Positions 29,245 to 36,553 of a stretch of 55,941 nucleotides of DNA are shown piece after piece; within the stretch, counting starts at the first letter, position 1, and each line of letters opens with the position of its first letter. Both the position numbers and the translations under genes were made by a program. The DNA is taken from IMG/VR virus record IMGVR_UViG_3300036715_003593, positions 1 through 55,941 of that record; one strand, 5' to 3'. Under the pieces are notes generated by a model, which saw only the letters and a program-made list of their open reading frames with translations, did not search any database and had not been told where the DNA came from. This DNA is from a virus (lineage: Duplodnaviria > Caudoviricetes).

Positions 29245-29503
29245 CTTTTTCTCCAACATAACGGTTATGTAAGAACATAGCTGAGATCATCCCCAACGCG
29301 GCTCCGGTACCAGAAGATAATACCAAACCCCACCCATGTCGGACAACCAATCCAATGAAGATAATATCGGTAAGAGTCATAACATAGGAGGTGATGACCA
29401 CAAGTTTGTAATGATGTCCTGTTACATTCTTCTGCTGAAAAGCTTTCATTCCGATTGCGATAAAACTAATCGCAAAAGCCAAAAAGTGAGTATAGATTGT
29501 CAT
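29237..29503 (-). CDS. Small membrane protein (about 3 TM)
   Basis: 88 aa hydrophobic ORF from ATG 29503. Confidence 0.65.
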   Translation of the reverse strand: MTIYTHFLAFAISFIAIGMKAFQQKNVTGHHYKLVVITSYVMTLTDIIFIGLVVRHGWGLVLSSGTGAALGMISAMFLHNRYVGEKDA

Positions 29504-29504
29504 T

Positions 29505-30440
29505 TTAAAAAAGTCCCAGTTGGTCGGGAATAAATTTTGGCTCAGATCCTTTTTCTTCCGAAACCATTTTACCAAGTTTATCGAAAGCGAACATGTTATA
29601 TGTCCAACGCCCGAGATAAGTTTCTTGCATACGTTCCAAGTCAACCCCTTCGTTAGTTAATTTGTCCTCAACTGCTTGACGTAAAATGGGAGGCAAGGTA
29701 GTTATATGTTGCCCTTCCACCTTTCGTTGCGGAGATTGGTTTGAAACGTTAATGACTCTGGCTTCCGGTAATAGGAGCATTCCACCCACTCTCGCAATCT
29801 GAACCCATGAAGACGAGTCTACAGAGTACCATGGGTAGCGCCGCATCAAAATTGGCGTGGTTAAGCCGAAGCCATGGACTTTGAGTTTGGGTCTACCTGA
29901 ACCATCGGTTAAATATTTTCCCCAGATTTCATCCAGCCATAAAAGTAATTGCGGAGTAGACTGAGCTACCATTCCTCCCAAGGTTATGTACTTATAGTTC
30001 TTAATGTAGTGCTCAAGGTAACGGGGATCCTCGCCAAAGTGATAGCACGGCAAAGGTCGGACCCCCATCGATTCCATATGAAGCTGATTCTCATAGGTAC
30101 CTTGGGCATCCCCGATCGCGTCCATCACGGAAGCCAAAATATCCCCATCGTCTTTCCGGATTATGTCATCATTCTTTTTGATATAATCACAATAAGCCAC
30201 CATGTCAACTTTGGCACCCAGTGACCAAGCAGAGAACGCACCACTGTCTAGGAAGACCTGAATTCCGTCCGCCCGAATCATGTCAACCGATCTTTGTCTT
30301 CCAATGTAGTGGTAACTCTCCAAAAGGTTACCAGCGCCGGCACAGAGACGTTGGTATTTTTCGTTTTCAGTTAGACGTTCCCAAAGGGTGCCCCCAATAC
30401 AGAAACCAGCAGTATAGATTCCGGCATTATAAAGTTTCAT
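29505..30440 (-). CDS. dpdA: DpdA-like DNA-guanine transglycosylase (TGT fold)
   Basis: FLDSGAFS, LGGMV, VHGFG, WYSVDSSSW motifs; lies in the queCDE/folE cluster. Confidence 0.75.
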   Translation of the reverse strand: MKLYNAGIYTAGFCIGGTLWERLTENEKYQRLCAGAGNLLESYHYIGRQRSVDMIRADGIQVFLDSGAFSAWSLGAKVDMVAYCDYIKKNDDIIRKDDGDILASVMDAIGDAQGTYENQLHMESMGVRPLPCYHFGEDPRYLEHYIKNYKYITLGGMVAQSTPQLLLWLDEIWGKYLTDGSGRPKLKVHGFGLTTPILMRRYPWYSVDSSSWVQIARVGGMLLLPEARVINVSNQSPQRKVEGQHITTLPPILRQAVEDKLTNEGVDLERMQETYLGRWTYNMFAFDKLGKMVSEEKGSEPKFIPDQLGLF

Positions 30441-31026
30441 GTTTTACCAGCCTGATAATATTTCCATCTATTATTTTATCATATCCACGGTGCTTATGTT
30501 TATCACTTAGAACACTTTTGATCGCTTTAAAATAAGAACGATCCGGCAAGAAAACAGTTTTAAGGAAAGCATCTAAATCCTCAACTGTGCCACCTGAATC
30601 TTGAAAAAAGTCCAAGGTTATCTGTCGAATTGATCTTGGAGGATTTCCAGAAAAATACAACTCTCTGGATGCGAAATCTGCTTTCAATCTGTTGATGGCA
30701 CTTTCCGCTAACCCATATGTCATCTTCGGTAACAATCGTTGGTATTGGTCAGGGGCATCTGAAAAATAATCATCCGATCCAAACCAGTAACCTGAGCCTT
30801 CTGGATATTCTCCGAGCAATCTGTTTTGTGCCCGATGATCATAAATCTCGATTTGAGTTTCGGGAAGAATGAAACCGTAGACAGCTGACCGAATCCATAA
30901 AGTAAAACCCTGAATAGCGGCCAGCTCATCCAAATGTCGAAACATCTTCGAACCTGAATAAATTTCCCGAGCTGTGCTACCCTCAATTTTTGTTTTGGGG
31001 CAGGTTATAAGTAGATTGGGTTTCAT
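30427..31026 (-). CDS. DUF6884/YaaA-like protein
   Basis: ITC.K.K...AREIY.G..F...W.RSA.YG.I.P...I..YD pattern. Confidence 0.55.
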   Translation of the reverse strand: MKPNLLITCPKTKIEGSTAREIYSGSKMFRHLDELAAIQGFTLWIRSAVYGFILPETQIEIYDHRAQNRLLGEYPEGSGYWFGSDDYFSDAPDQYQRLLPKMTYGLAESAINRLKADFASRELYFSGNPPRSIRQITLDFFQDSGGTVEDLDAFLKTVFLPDRSYFKAIKSVLSDKHKHRGYDKIIDGNIIRLVKHETL

Positions 31027-31940
31027 TTACGCTTCGGTATCAACGACATGAACTCTGCGCGAGTTGCTGCCTCAGCCATGAAGAGACCTCGCATCGAAGA
31101 TGTTGTGGTCATTGTGCCATGCACACGAGCACCGCGAGAGCTCATACAAGTATGTTCACATTGAACTACTACAGCTACCCCTCGCGCTTCCAGATGCTCT
31201 GCCAAGGCATCTGCGATTTGATTAGTCAAACGTTCCTGAACCTGAAGGCGGTGGCTGAATGCCTTTACCAACTTTGGTATCTTGGATAGACCAACAATGC
31301 GACCATTTGGTATGTACGCAACATGGGCAACTCCGTGGAAACGAGCCATGTGGTGCTCACAGAAACTTTCCACAGGGATGCTATCGATAATAATCATCTC
31401 ATCACAACCTTCTGCACCGTCCGTGAAGGTCTTGAACAAGCCAGCGATGTCGGTGGTATAACCATCGAACCATTCCTGATATGCCTTGGCTACTCGCTTC
31501 GGGGTTTCTAGTAAGCCTTCACGGTTTGGATCCTCGCCGATGAACTGAAGCAGGCGACGAATATTGTCTTCGATGCTGCTTTCTGAATCGCCTTCCCAAG
31601 GAAACACCACCCAATCATATGCCTCTCTGTAAATCGGATCGGTCTTATCGATTAGAGCATAAAATGATTTGCCTGGATACATATCGCAATAACGTTCCAT
31701 AGTTGCGCCGGAGTCAATAATGTCGTCGACAAAAATGTCCGCCTCTTCTGGGGTGAGCGCAATCCTGATGTCCAGGTGCGTATAGTTAGCAGCAGCTATC
31801 ACCGCATATAAAGCAGGTATACCACCTCGAGGAATTGCGTAAGCTCGAATATGATCTTTGCCATTCATCTGGATCTTGCTGGCAACGATTACCGCTAGAT
31901 CCATAATATCGTTGTGGTTTAAAATTGTTTTTGCGGACAT
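31023..31940 (-). CDS. folE: GTP cyclohydrolase I fused to an N-terminal purine phosphoribosyltransferase-like domain
   Basis: REGL.ETP.RV, S.CEHH, GLSK, QVQERLT, H.CM..RG; N-terminal IPRGG, VDDIIDSGAT, WVVFPWE. Confidence 0.9.
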   Translation of the reverse strand: MSAKTILNHNDIMDLAVIVASKIQMNGKDHIRAYAIPRGGIPALYAVIAAANYTHLDIRIALTPEEADIFVDDIIDSGATMERYCDMYPGKSFYALIDKTDPIYREAYDWVVFPWEGDSESSIEDNIRRLLQFIGEDPNREGLLETPKRVAKAYQEWFDGYTTDIAGLFKTFTDGAEGCDEMIIIDSIPVESFCEHHMARFHGVAHVAYIPNGRIVGLSKIPKLVKAFSHRLQVQERLTNQIADALAEHLEARGVAVVVQCEHTCMSSRGARVHGTMTTTSSMRGLFMAEAATRAEFMSLIPKRK

Positions 31941-31942
31941 GG

Positions 31943-32368
31943 TTATTCCTTTATAAATGATGCTGCACATTTGCGAGTTTCTTCGAATCGCACCGAGATA
32001 AGAACTGCCCCTGTTCCAGCCAATTGAACTGGTCCAACCACTTCGACCAAATACTTGGCGAGATTTTCTGCGGTAGGATTGAAAGGGACTATTACTGTCC
32101 CGACCGGATCGATCTCCGGCAAGGTCTTTGACCATGGATCATTCTCCCACAAAAGGAATTTATGATCCCAGTTATCTTCGAGCCATTGAGCCAGCAACGT
32201 TTTCATCACCGAAAAGTCAAGAACCCGCCCTACTGAATCCAAACCATCGGAAGTAATTGTAAAATGAACACGGCCGTTATGACCATGCATCATGCTGCAT
32301 TTTGATTCGTGTTGGTATACCCGATGACCGTACGAAAAGTCATGATATCTATCTGCGGTGAAAGTCAT
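31943..32368 (-). CDS. queD: 6-carboxytetrahydropterin synthase
   Basis: GHR...KC..MHGHN, DF, WDH, PTAENLA, EET motifs. Confidence 0.9.
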   Translation of the reverse strand: MTFTADRYHDFSYGHRVYQHESKCSMMHGHNGRVHFTITSDGLDSVGRVLDFSVMKTLLAQWLEDNWDHKFLLWENDPWSKTLPEIDPVGTVIVPFNPTAENLAKYLVEVVGPVQLAGTGAVLISVRFEETRKCAASFIKE

Positions 32369-33138
32369 GCTAATACTCCTTTGCGATATGAATCATAGTT
32401 GGAAGATAAAGGGAGATTCATCAAACCCTCAGTGTGTGCGCGCAGCACCAACGGATCAGGCTGACCAGCATCCTCAAATCCTTTGGCGCGCAGCACATTG
32501 GCATGATTCATGTCGGTGGGAGGATACTTGCCATCGTAACTTGTATGAGAATAGGCTAGTGCTTCCCAGCAGCCGGGCAATGAGCGCGCCATGTCCACAG
32601 TTTCAGCTTTCGATAAATTCATCAGTGGGGTATGGATAAAGATTTCAGGAGTTCCCCTGTGGTCATGGCCAAGGGCGGTATTGATATATTGCTCAGTAGT
32701 ATAAATGAAGTTTGGGCGACAATCATCGTAGTTAGCACCGTCCATTTGGCACACGCCGGTCATAAGATTAGGAATGCCAAGAGCTTCAGCCCGGTTGGCT
32801 GCGATCGTCAAAAAAAGAGCGTTGCGCATTGGCACAAAAGTCAGCTCTCTGCGATTGCCGATTTTGTTACCCATCTGTTCAGCGTTCTCATATTGCTCCA
32901 AACTTGAATTGCTGGTTAAAGGAGACATGGAGATCAAGCAATTCGGAACCTCGACAATTTCATGGGAGGATACGTTAGCCAGCTGTGCCACCTTTATTGC
33001 AGCCTCAATTTCGATAGCATGGCGCTGGCCATAATCAAAAGTGATGGCATGCACTTCAGAGTACTGTTGCTTTGCCAAAAAGAGGCAAGTGGTTGAATCC
33101 TGCCCTCCCGATAAGACAACTAAAACCTTTGTTTTCAT
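32365..33138 (-). CDS. queC: 7-cyano-7-deazaguanine synthase
   Basis: LSGGQDSTT, FDYGQRH, FVP.RN, Y.DCR, TPL..LSKA motifs; canonical C-terminal Zn cysteine cluster appears altered. Confidence 0.88.
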   Translation of the reverse strand: MKTKVLVVLSGGQDSTTCLFLAKQQYSEVHAITFDYGQRHAIEIEAAIKVAQLANVSSHEIVEVPNCLISMSPLTSNSSLEQYENAEQMGNKIGNRRELTFVPMRNALFLTIAANRAEALGIPNLMTGVCQMDGANYDDCRPNFIYTTEQYINTALGHDHRGTPEIFIHTPLMNLSKAETVDMARSLPGCWEALAYSHTSYDGKYPPTDMNHANVLRAKGFEDAGQPDPLVLRAHTEGLMNLPLSSNYDSYRKGVLA

Positions 33139-33139
33139 T

Positions 33140-33847
33140 TCATTCGACTCCTATGATTTTGTGAACTTGTAATTGTAAAAGGTAACCATATTTTAACACA
33201 CTTTCTGTTATTGCCTTTAGATTAGATAGATTCTTTTCATCATCTTGCTCATCGGCAGGTTGCAGATAAATCGGACCATCAAATCCTGCCGGTGGGCGTG
33301 CGAGGCGAGGGTTTGCGGGGTGATCGAGTGCTGACAGGGGTAATCCATCATCCTCTGCTAAGTCTCCCGCTTTGCCCACGTATTTAAGGGCGGAGATATA
33401 CGGTGCCAAGTTTTTATTAATTGTGCCAGTCTTTGGACTACAAACCACTGTGATTCCATCATAAGGCAAATCGCGATATAATGATCCATTGGTTTCAATT
33501 TGAACGTCGAAGTTGAATTCCAATAAAATGGAAACGGTTGGTTTAACGTTTTGCCGAAGGGGCTCCCCGCCAGTGATTACCACTAACTGTCTTTCCTGAC
33601 CAGGCTCCCAATCTTCCGGCAAAAGAGAATTGACTTCTTCCAACAGTTGACGGGGGGAAAGCCAAACACGCTCCGAGGTATAATTTGTATCACAAAGAGG
33701 GCAAGCCAAGTTACAGCCAGCTAGACGGATGAAAACTGCTCGCCTGCCAGTAAAAGGACCTTCTCCTTGAATGGTATTGAAAACACTATGGACTGCTAAA
33801 ATTCCAGAGTCATCGTGAGTGGATTTTTCTATTTTTTGCGTATTCAT
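33140..33847 (-). CDS. queE: 7-carboxy-7-deazaguanine synthase (radical SAM)
   Basis: TIQGEG, CNLAC..CDT, ITGGEP, IETNG, SPK, LQVHK motifs. Confidence 0.92.
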   Translation of the reverse strand: MNTQKIEKSTHDDSGILAVHSVFNTIQGEGPFTGRRAVFIRLAGCNLACPLCDTNYTSERVWLSPRQLLEEVNSLLPEDWEPGQERQLVVITGGEPLRQNVKPTVSILLEFNFDVQIETNGSLYRDLPYDGITVVCSPKTGTINKNLAPYISALKYVGKAGDLAEDDGLPLSALDHPANPRLARPPAGFDGPIYLQPADEQDDEKNLSNLKAITESVLKYGYLLQLQVHKIIGVE

Positions 33848-33868
33848 AAGATCTCCGTAGGTGTATCC

Positions 33869-33896
33869 ATTATAACACAATCTCCTTGGTACCCAA
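33869..33896 (-). promoter_or_regulatory. Extended -10 sigma70-like promoter for the que/dpd operon
   Basis: TGTGTTATAAT on the - strand just upstream of the queE RBS. Confidence 0.5.
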
Positions 33897-33916
33897 TGAG
33901 ATCAATGAACCCTTTA

Positions 33917-33944
33917 TAAAAAGAGACCGCCACATGGCGGTCTT
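33917..33944 (-). terminator. Intrinsic terminator
   Basis: - strand agaccgcc-atgt-ggcggtct followed by cttttt. Confidence 0.8.
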
Positions 33945-33945
33945 A

Positions 33946-34437
33946 AAGTGCAGCAGCAAATTGAAGTTGATGTTTCGACAGTTGTTCAACTCCCCGATAT
34001 TTCAAAAGACCTTCGGCGCTATCTTGCGATATGAAAGGACGCTTGCGTCTTTGCCCTCGGGGTGAGCGGGGCTACCTGAGTCTTTCCTACTCCAGAGCGT
34101 CCTCCGGATTAATGGGGTTTTCGATCCCCCGCAGATTTGACACCACGTCAGGCACTTGAAACACCAACAGGTCGGAAACGCTTTAATCAGCACGCTGAGT
34201 GCTACTGACATCCTTTGGATAGTCTTCGCTATCAAACGTTCCCGCCTCTTGGTGCTACTTTTGAAGACCTTCCTGTTTCATTTAAGCTGCCCTGAAGCTC
34301 ATCTGCTTAAAACGCATTCCATATAGGTGCTAGTTCCAAGTTCTATTGCTGCGGAGGAATCACTTAATCTATACACAGGGAGGTCTTCAAAAGGGACTGG
34401 CCGAAACCAATCCCACCTCAACAACCACGTCGAAGGT
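33946..34437 (-). ncRNA. Putative large structured non-coding RNA
   Basis: No convincing ORF; nested long stems (34258-34276/34375-34393; 34162-34184/34234-34254; 34036-34043/34096-34103); UUCG and GCAA tetraloops and G-U pairs mostly favour the - strand. Confidence 0.55.
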
Positions 34438-34438
34438 A

Positions 34439-34783
34439 TTACTGTGCCGGTACTGCTTCAGCTGCCGGTACTGCTTCGGCCTTAGCTTTTTTAGCCTTTG
34501 GCTCTTTTGGTGCCTTTGGTGCCTTTGGTGCAGCCACGATACCGTGGAACTTGCACCAGCGACCAAACTGAGTTGCAGCAGTGGTAATGTTGATACCTTC
34601 GGCTTCAGCTTTGCTCAACACTTCTGCGCGCTTGGCAGGTGCGCCAGCTGTTGCAGAAATTTCATCCGCAATTACCCAGATACGTTCTGTGGCAGTACCT
34701 TTGCCAGGACGGGATACACCATTTTGTTCGATTTTTGGTGCCTTAGGTTCTTTTACTTCAGGTGCTGTGGCGGTTTGTGTCAT
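34439..34783 (-). CDS. Small basic protein with the W.IAD...GIN..TA.TQF..W domain and a PKAPK tail
   Basis: Strong aaggag RBS; paralogous to the two upstream genes. Confidence 0.8.
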   Translation of the reverse strand: MTQTATAPEVKEPKAPKIEQNGVSRPGKGTATERIWVIADEISATAGAPAKRAEVLSKAEAEGINITTAATQFGRWCKFHGIVAAPKAPKAPKEPKAKKAKAEAVPAAEAVPAQ

Positions 34784-34841
34784 GTTGAAACTCCTTATTT
34801 ATTGTTTATGAAATATCGTTTTTGCTTACTACGGATTGGAT

Positions 34842-34868
34842 ATTATAGACCTACCTAACAAAGGTCAA
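34842..34868 (-). promoter_or_regulatory. Possible promoter TTGACC-15-TATAAT with an internal GACCT/AGGTC inverted repeat
   Basis: Read directly; spacing is suboptimal. Confidence 0.35.
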
Positions 34869-34886
34869 GATCCAAAATTTGTTCTT

Positions 34887-35489
34887 TTAGATCCCAGTGA
34901 TAGTTTTCTTCCACTTGGCGAATTGTGTAGCAGCCGTGGCAGAATTGATTCCAGTTGCTGCACATTCTTCCATCACTAATTTACGATCAGGCATACTGTT
35001 ACCTGCTGCCTGATAAAGCCGGTCTGCAATTTCCCAGACTTGACCGGTGACACCTTTTGCTTTTGGTCGCTCTGCTTGCGGAGCAGGAATCCGACCTCCT
35101 TCAGTTGAACTGGGAGGAGGTACGGAGCCTGAATCGTTTATGGCAAGGGATGTCCACAATTCCGCTACTTTCGCAATCAGGTCATCTAGCGACTCAGTAT
35201 CGGTCTGGAACTTCTTAGCCAACTCAAAACACCCTTGTGCAAGCTCGTGATAATCCTCTGGAGGGGTTTGACCGCCAGATAATTGATAATACAAATACTG
35301 AAGTTGTAATTTATAAAGTTTCGAGAAGCTGCGCCCTTCCAAAGGTGGGGCAATCACTTGACGACCGGCAGCTTTCAAAATATATCCGCGGTGTACTGCC
35401 CTGCGGATATCTGTTATATAAAGCAGTTTTATTTCCACAACATTGGTGACATCCAGAATCATATACCAGTAAACAGCAGCTGTGCTCAT
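34887..35489 (-). CDS. Hypothetical protein with a C-terminal W.IAD...GIN..TA.TQF..W domain
   Basis: VWEIAD...GINSATAATQFAKW. Confidence 0.75.
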   Translation of the reverse strand: MSTAAVYWYMILDVTNVVEIKLLYITDIRRAVHRGYILKAAGRQVIAPPLEGRSFSKLYKLQLQYLYYQLSGGQTPPEDYHELAQGCFELAKKFQTDTESLDDLIAKVAELWTSLAINDSGSVPPPSSTEGGRIPAPQAERPKAKGVTGQVWEIADRLYQAAGNSMPDRKLVMEECAATGINSATAATQFAKWKKTITGI

Positions 35490-35525
35490 TTCATTCTCCC
35501 AAAGAGGTTTCCCCCTTTCGTTTAA

Positions 35526-36200
35526 TTATTTAGATTTGGCTTCATTAGCAAGACGGGTTGCTTCTTCTTCCTTGCAAACGCTTAACCATGCTTGATACTG
35601 GGTACGGGCAGTATAGTAAGCTATACCTTGTTTAACGCATTCTGCTAGAACTGCGCCGCGCTTAACCAGTGGGTTAGCAGCCTTCATATCTATTGCGATG
35701 CCCCATACGGTTTTGCAAGGATTTTCGATTGTGGAAACGTGGGTGATCGGTGTGCTGGATTTCTTGGCACTATGATTAAACGACCAATCACATTGGTGAC
35801 AACCACCAACCGTATCCTCGTTAATAATGCGACCCATACTGGCATTTGAATTTTCAGCTTCACCTTGATACAATTCAGTCGAACCGCATTTTGGGCAGCA
35901 AGCGTGACCTTCTTCATTTATTGCGAAGTCGTCCAAGTTAACTTCTTTTTTTGCAGCTTCCGCAGCTTCGAGGGCGGCGAGCAGGTCAAGGGCGGTTTTC
36001 TTAGCTGGAACTTGTTGATCAATTATTTCAAACTCGATTTCAGATTTGTTTTTAACTGATCCAGCTAATCCGGTTGCTTTAGCTTCGCGAGCTAACGTAC
36101 GACTTTTATAGCTACCGACAGCACAGTCTTCGTTGACAATAACCCATGAATCTGTTTCCAAGAGAAGGGCGAAAGCTGCTGTGATTTTAACTGTTTTCAT
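35526..36200 (-). CDS. Zn-ribbon protein with the same C-terminal paralogous domain
   Basis: CPKC...CHQC; VWGIA...GIAYYTARTQYQAW; aaggag RBS. Confidence 0.75.
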   Translation of the reverse strand: MKTVKITAAFALLLETDSWVIVNEDCAVGSYKSRTLAREAKATGLAGSVKNKSEIEFEIIDQQVPAKKTALDLLAALEAAEAAKKEVNLDDFAINEEGHACCPKCGSTELYQGEAENSNASMGRIINEDTVGGCHQCDWSFNHSAKKSSTPITHVSTIENPCKTVWGIAIDMKAANPLVKRGAVLAECVKQGIAYYTARTQYQAWLSVCKEEEATRLANEAKSK

Positions 36201-36259
36201 TTTGAAGCTCCTTATAATGTGGTTGTTGTATCGATCAGGTTCTCCCAATCGATGTACCC

Positions 36260-36288
36260 ATTATAAAGATGCCCTATCGGGTTAGCAA
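36260..36288 (-). promoter_or_regulatory. Sigma70-like (early) promoter TTGCTA-17-TATAAT
   Basis: Consensus boxes with 17-nt spacing upstream of the paralog genes. Confidence 0.7.
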
Positions 36289-36352
36289 CAGGTTTCTCAT
36301 CTATTTTCAATAAAAAGTCTTCTTTTTAGATCCTTTTCACTAACCTGTTGAA

Positions 36353-36553
36353 CTAAAACGGAATATCGTCTTCCCAACCTGCGCCGCATGAATAAAGAAT
36401 GATTTCAATAGGCGGGACAACGTTATATTTAAGGCATTTAGTGCTGGCAGATAACATCTGTGAACAATTGGCACAACTCTTTAATTCCCCATTGCGAATA
36501 AATGATTTAATAATAAATGTTGCAGCTTCTTGGTTAGTCATCTTGCGGTTCAT
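36353..36553 (-). CDS. Small Cys-rich protein ending in EDDIPF
   Basis: CANC...C...C; overlaps the helicase stop; start uncertain. Confidence 0.6.
   Translation of the reverse strand: MNRKMTNQEAATFIIKSFIRNGELKSCANCSQMLSASTKCLKYNVVPPIEIILYSCGAGWEDDIPF

Noticed and set aside
34277-34320. Hammerhead ribozyme (cagatgag...gaaa on the - strand)
   Set aside because: Core is CAGAUGA rather than CUGAUGA and the stems do not fit the topology.
33946-34437. tmRNA or tRNA identity for the structured region (short frames ending ...FRAA* and ...FAAAL*)
   Set aside because: No tRNA-like acceptor/T-arm (GTTCRA) or CCA end seen; the tag-like endings may be chance.
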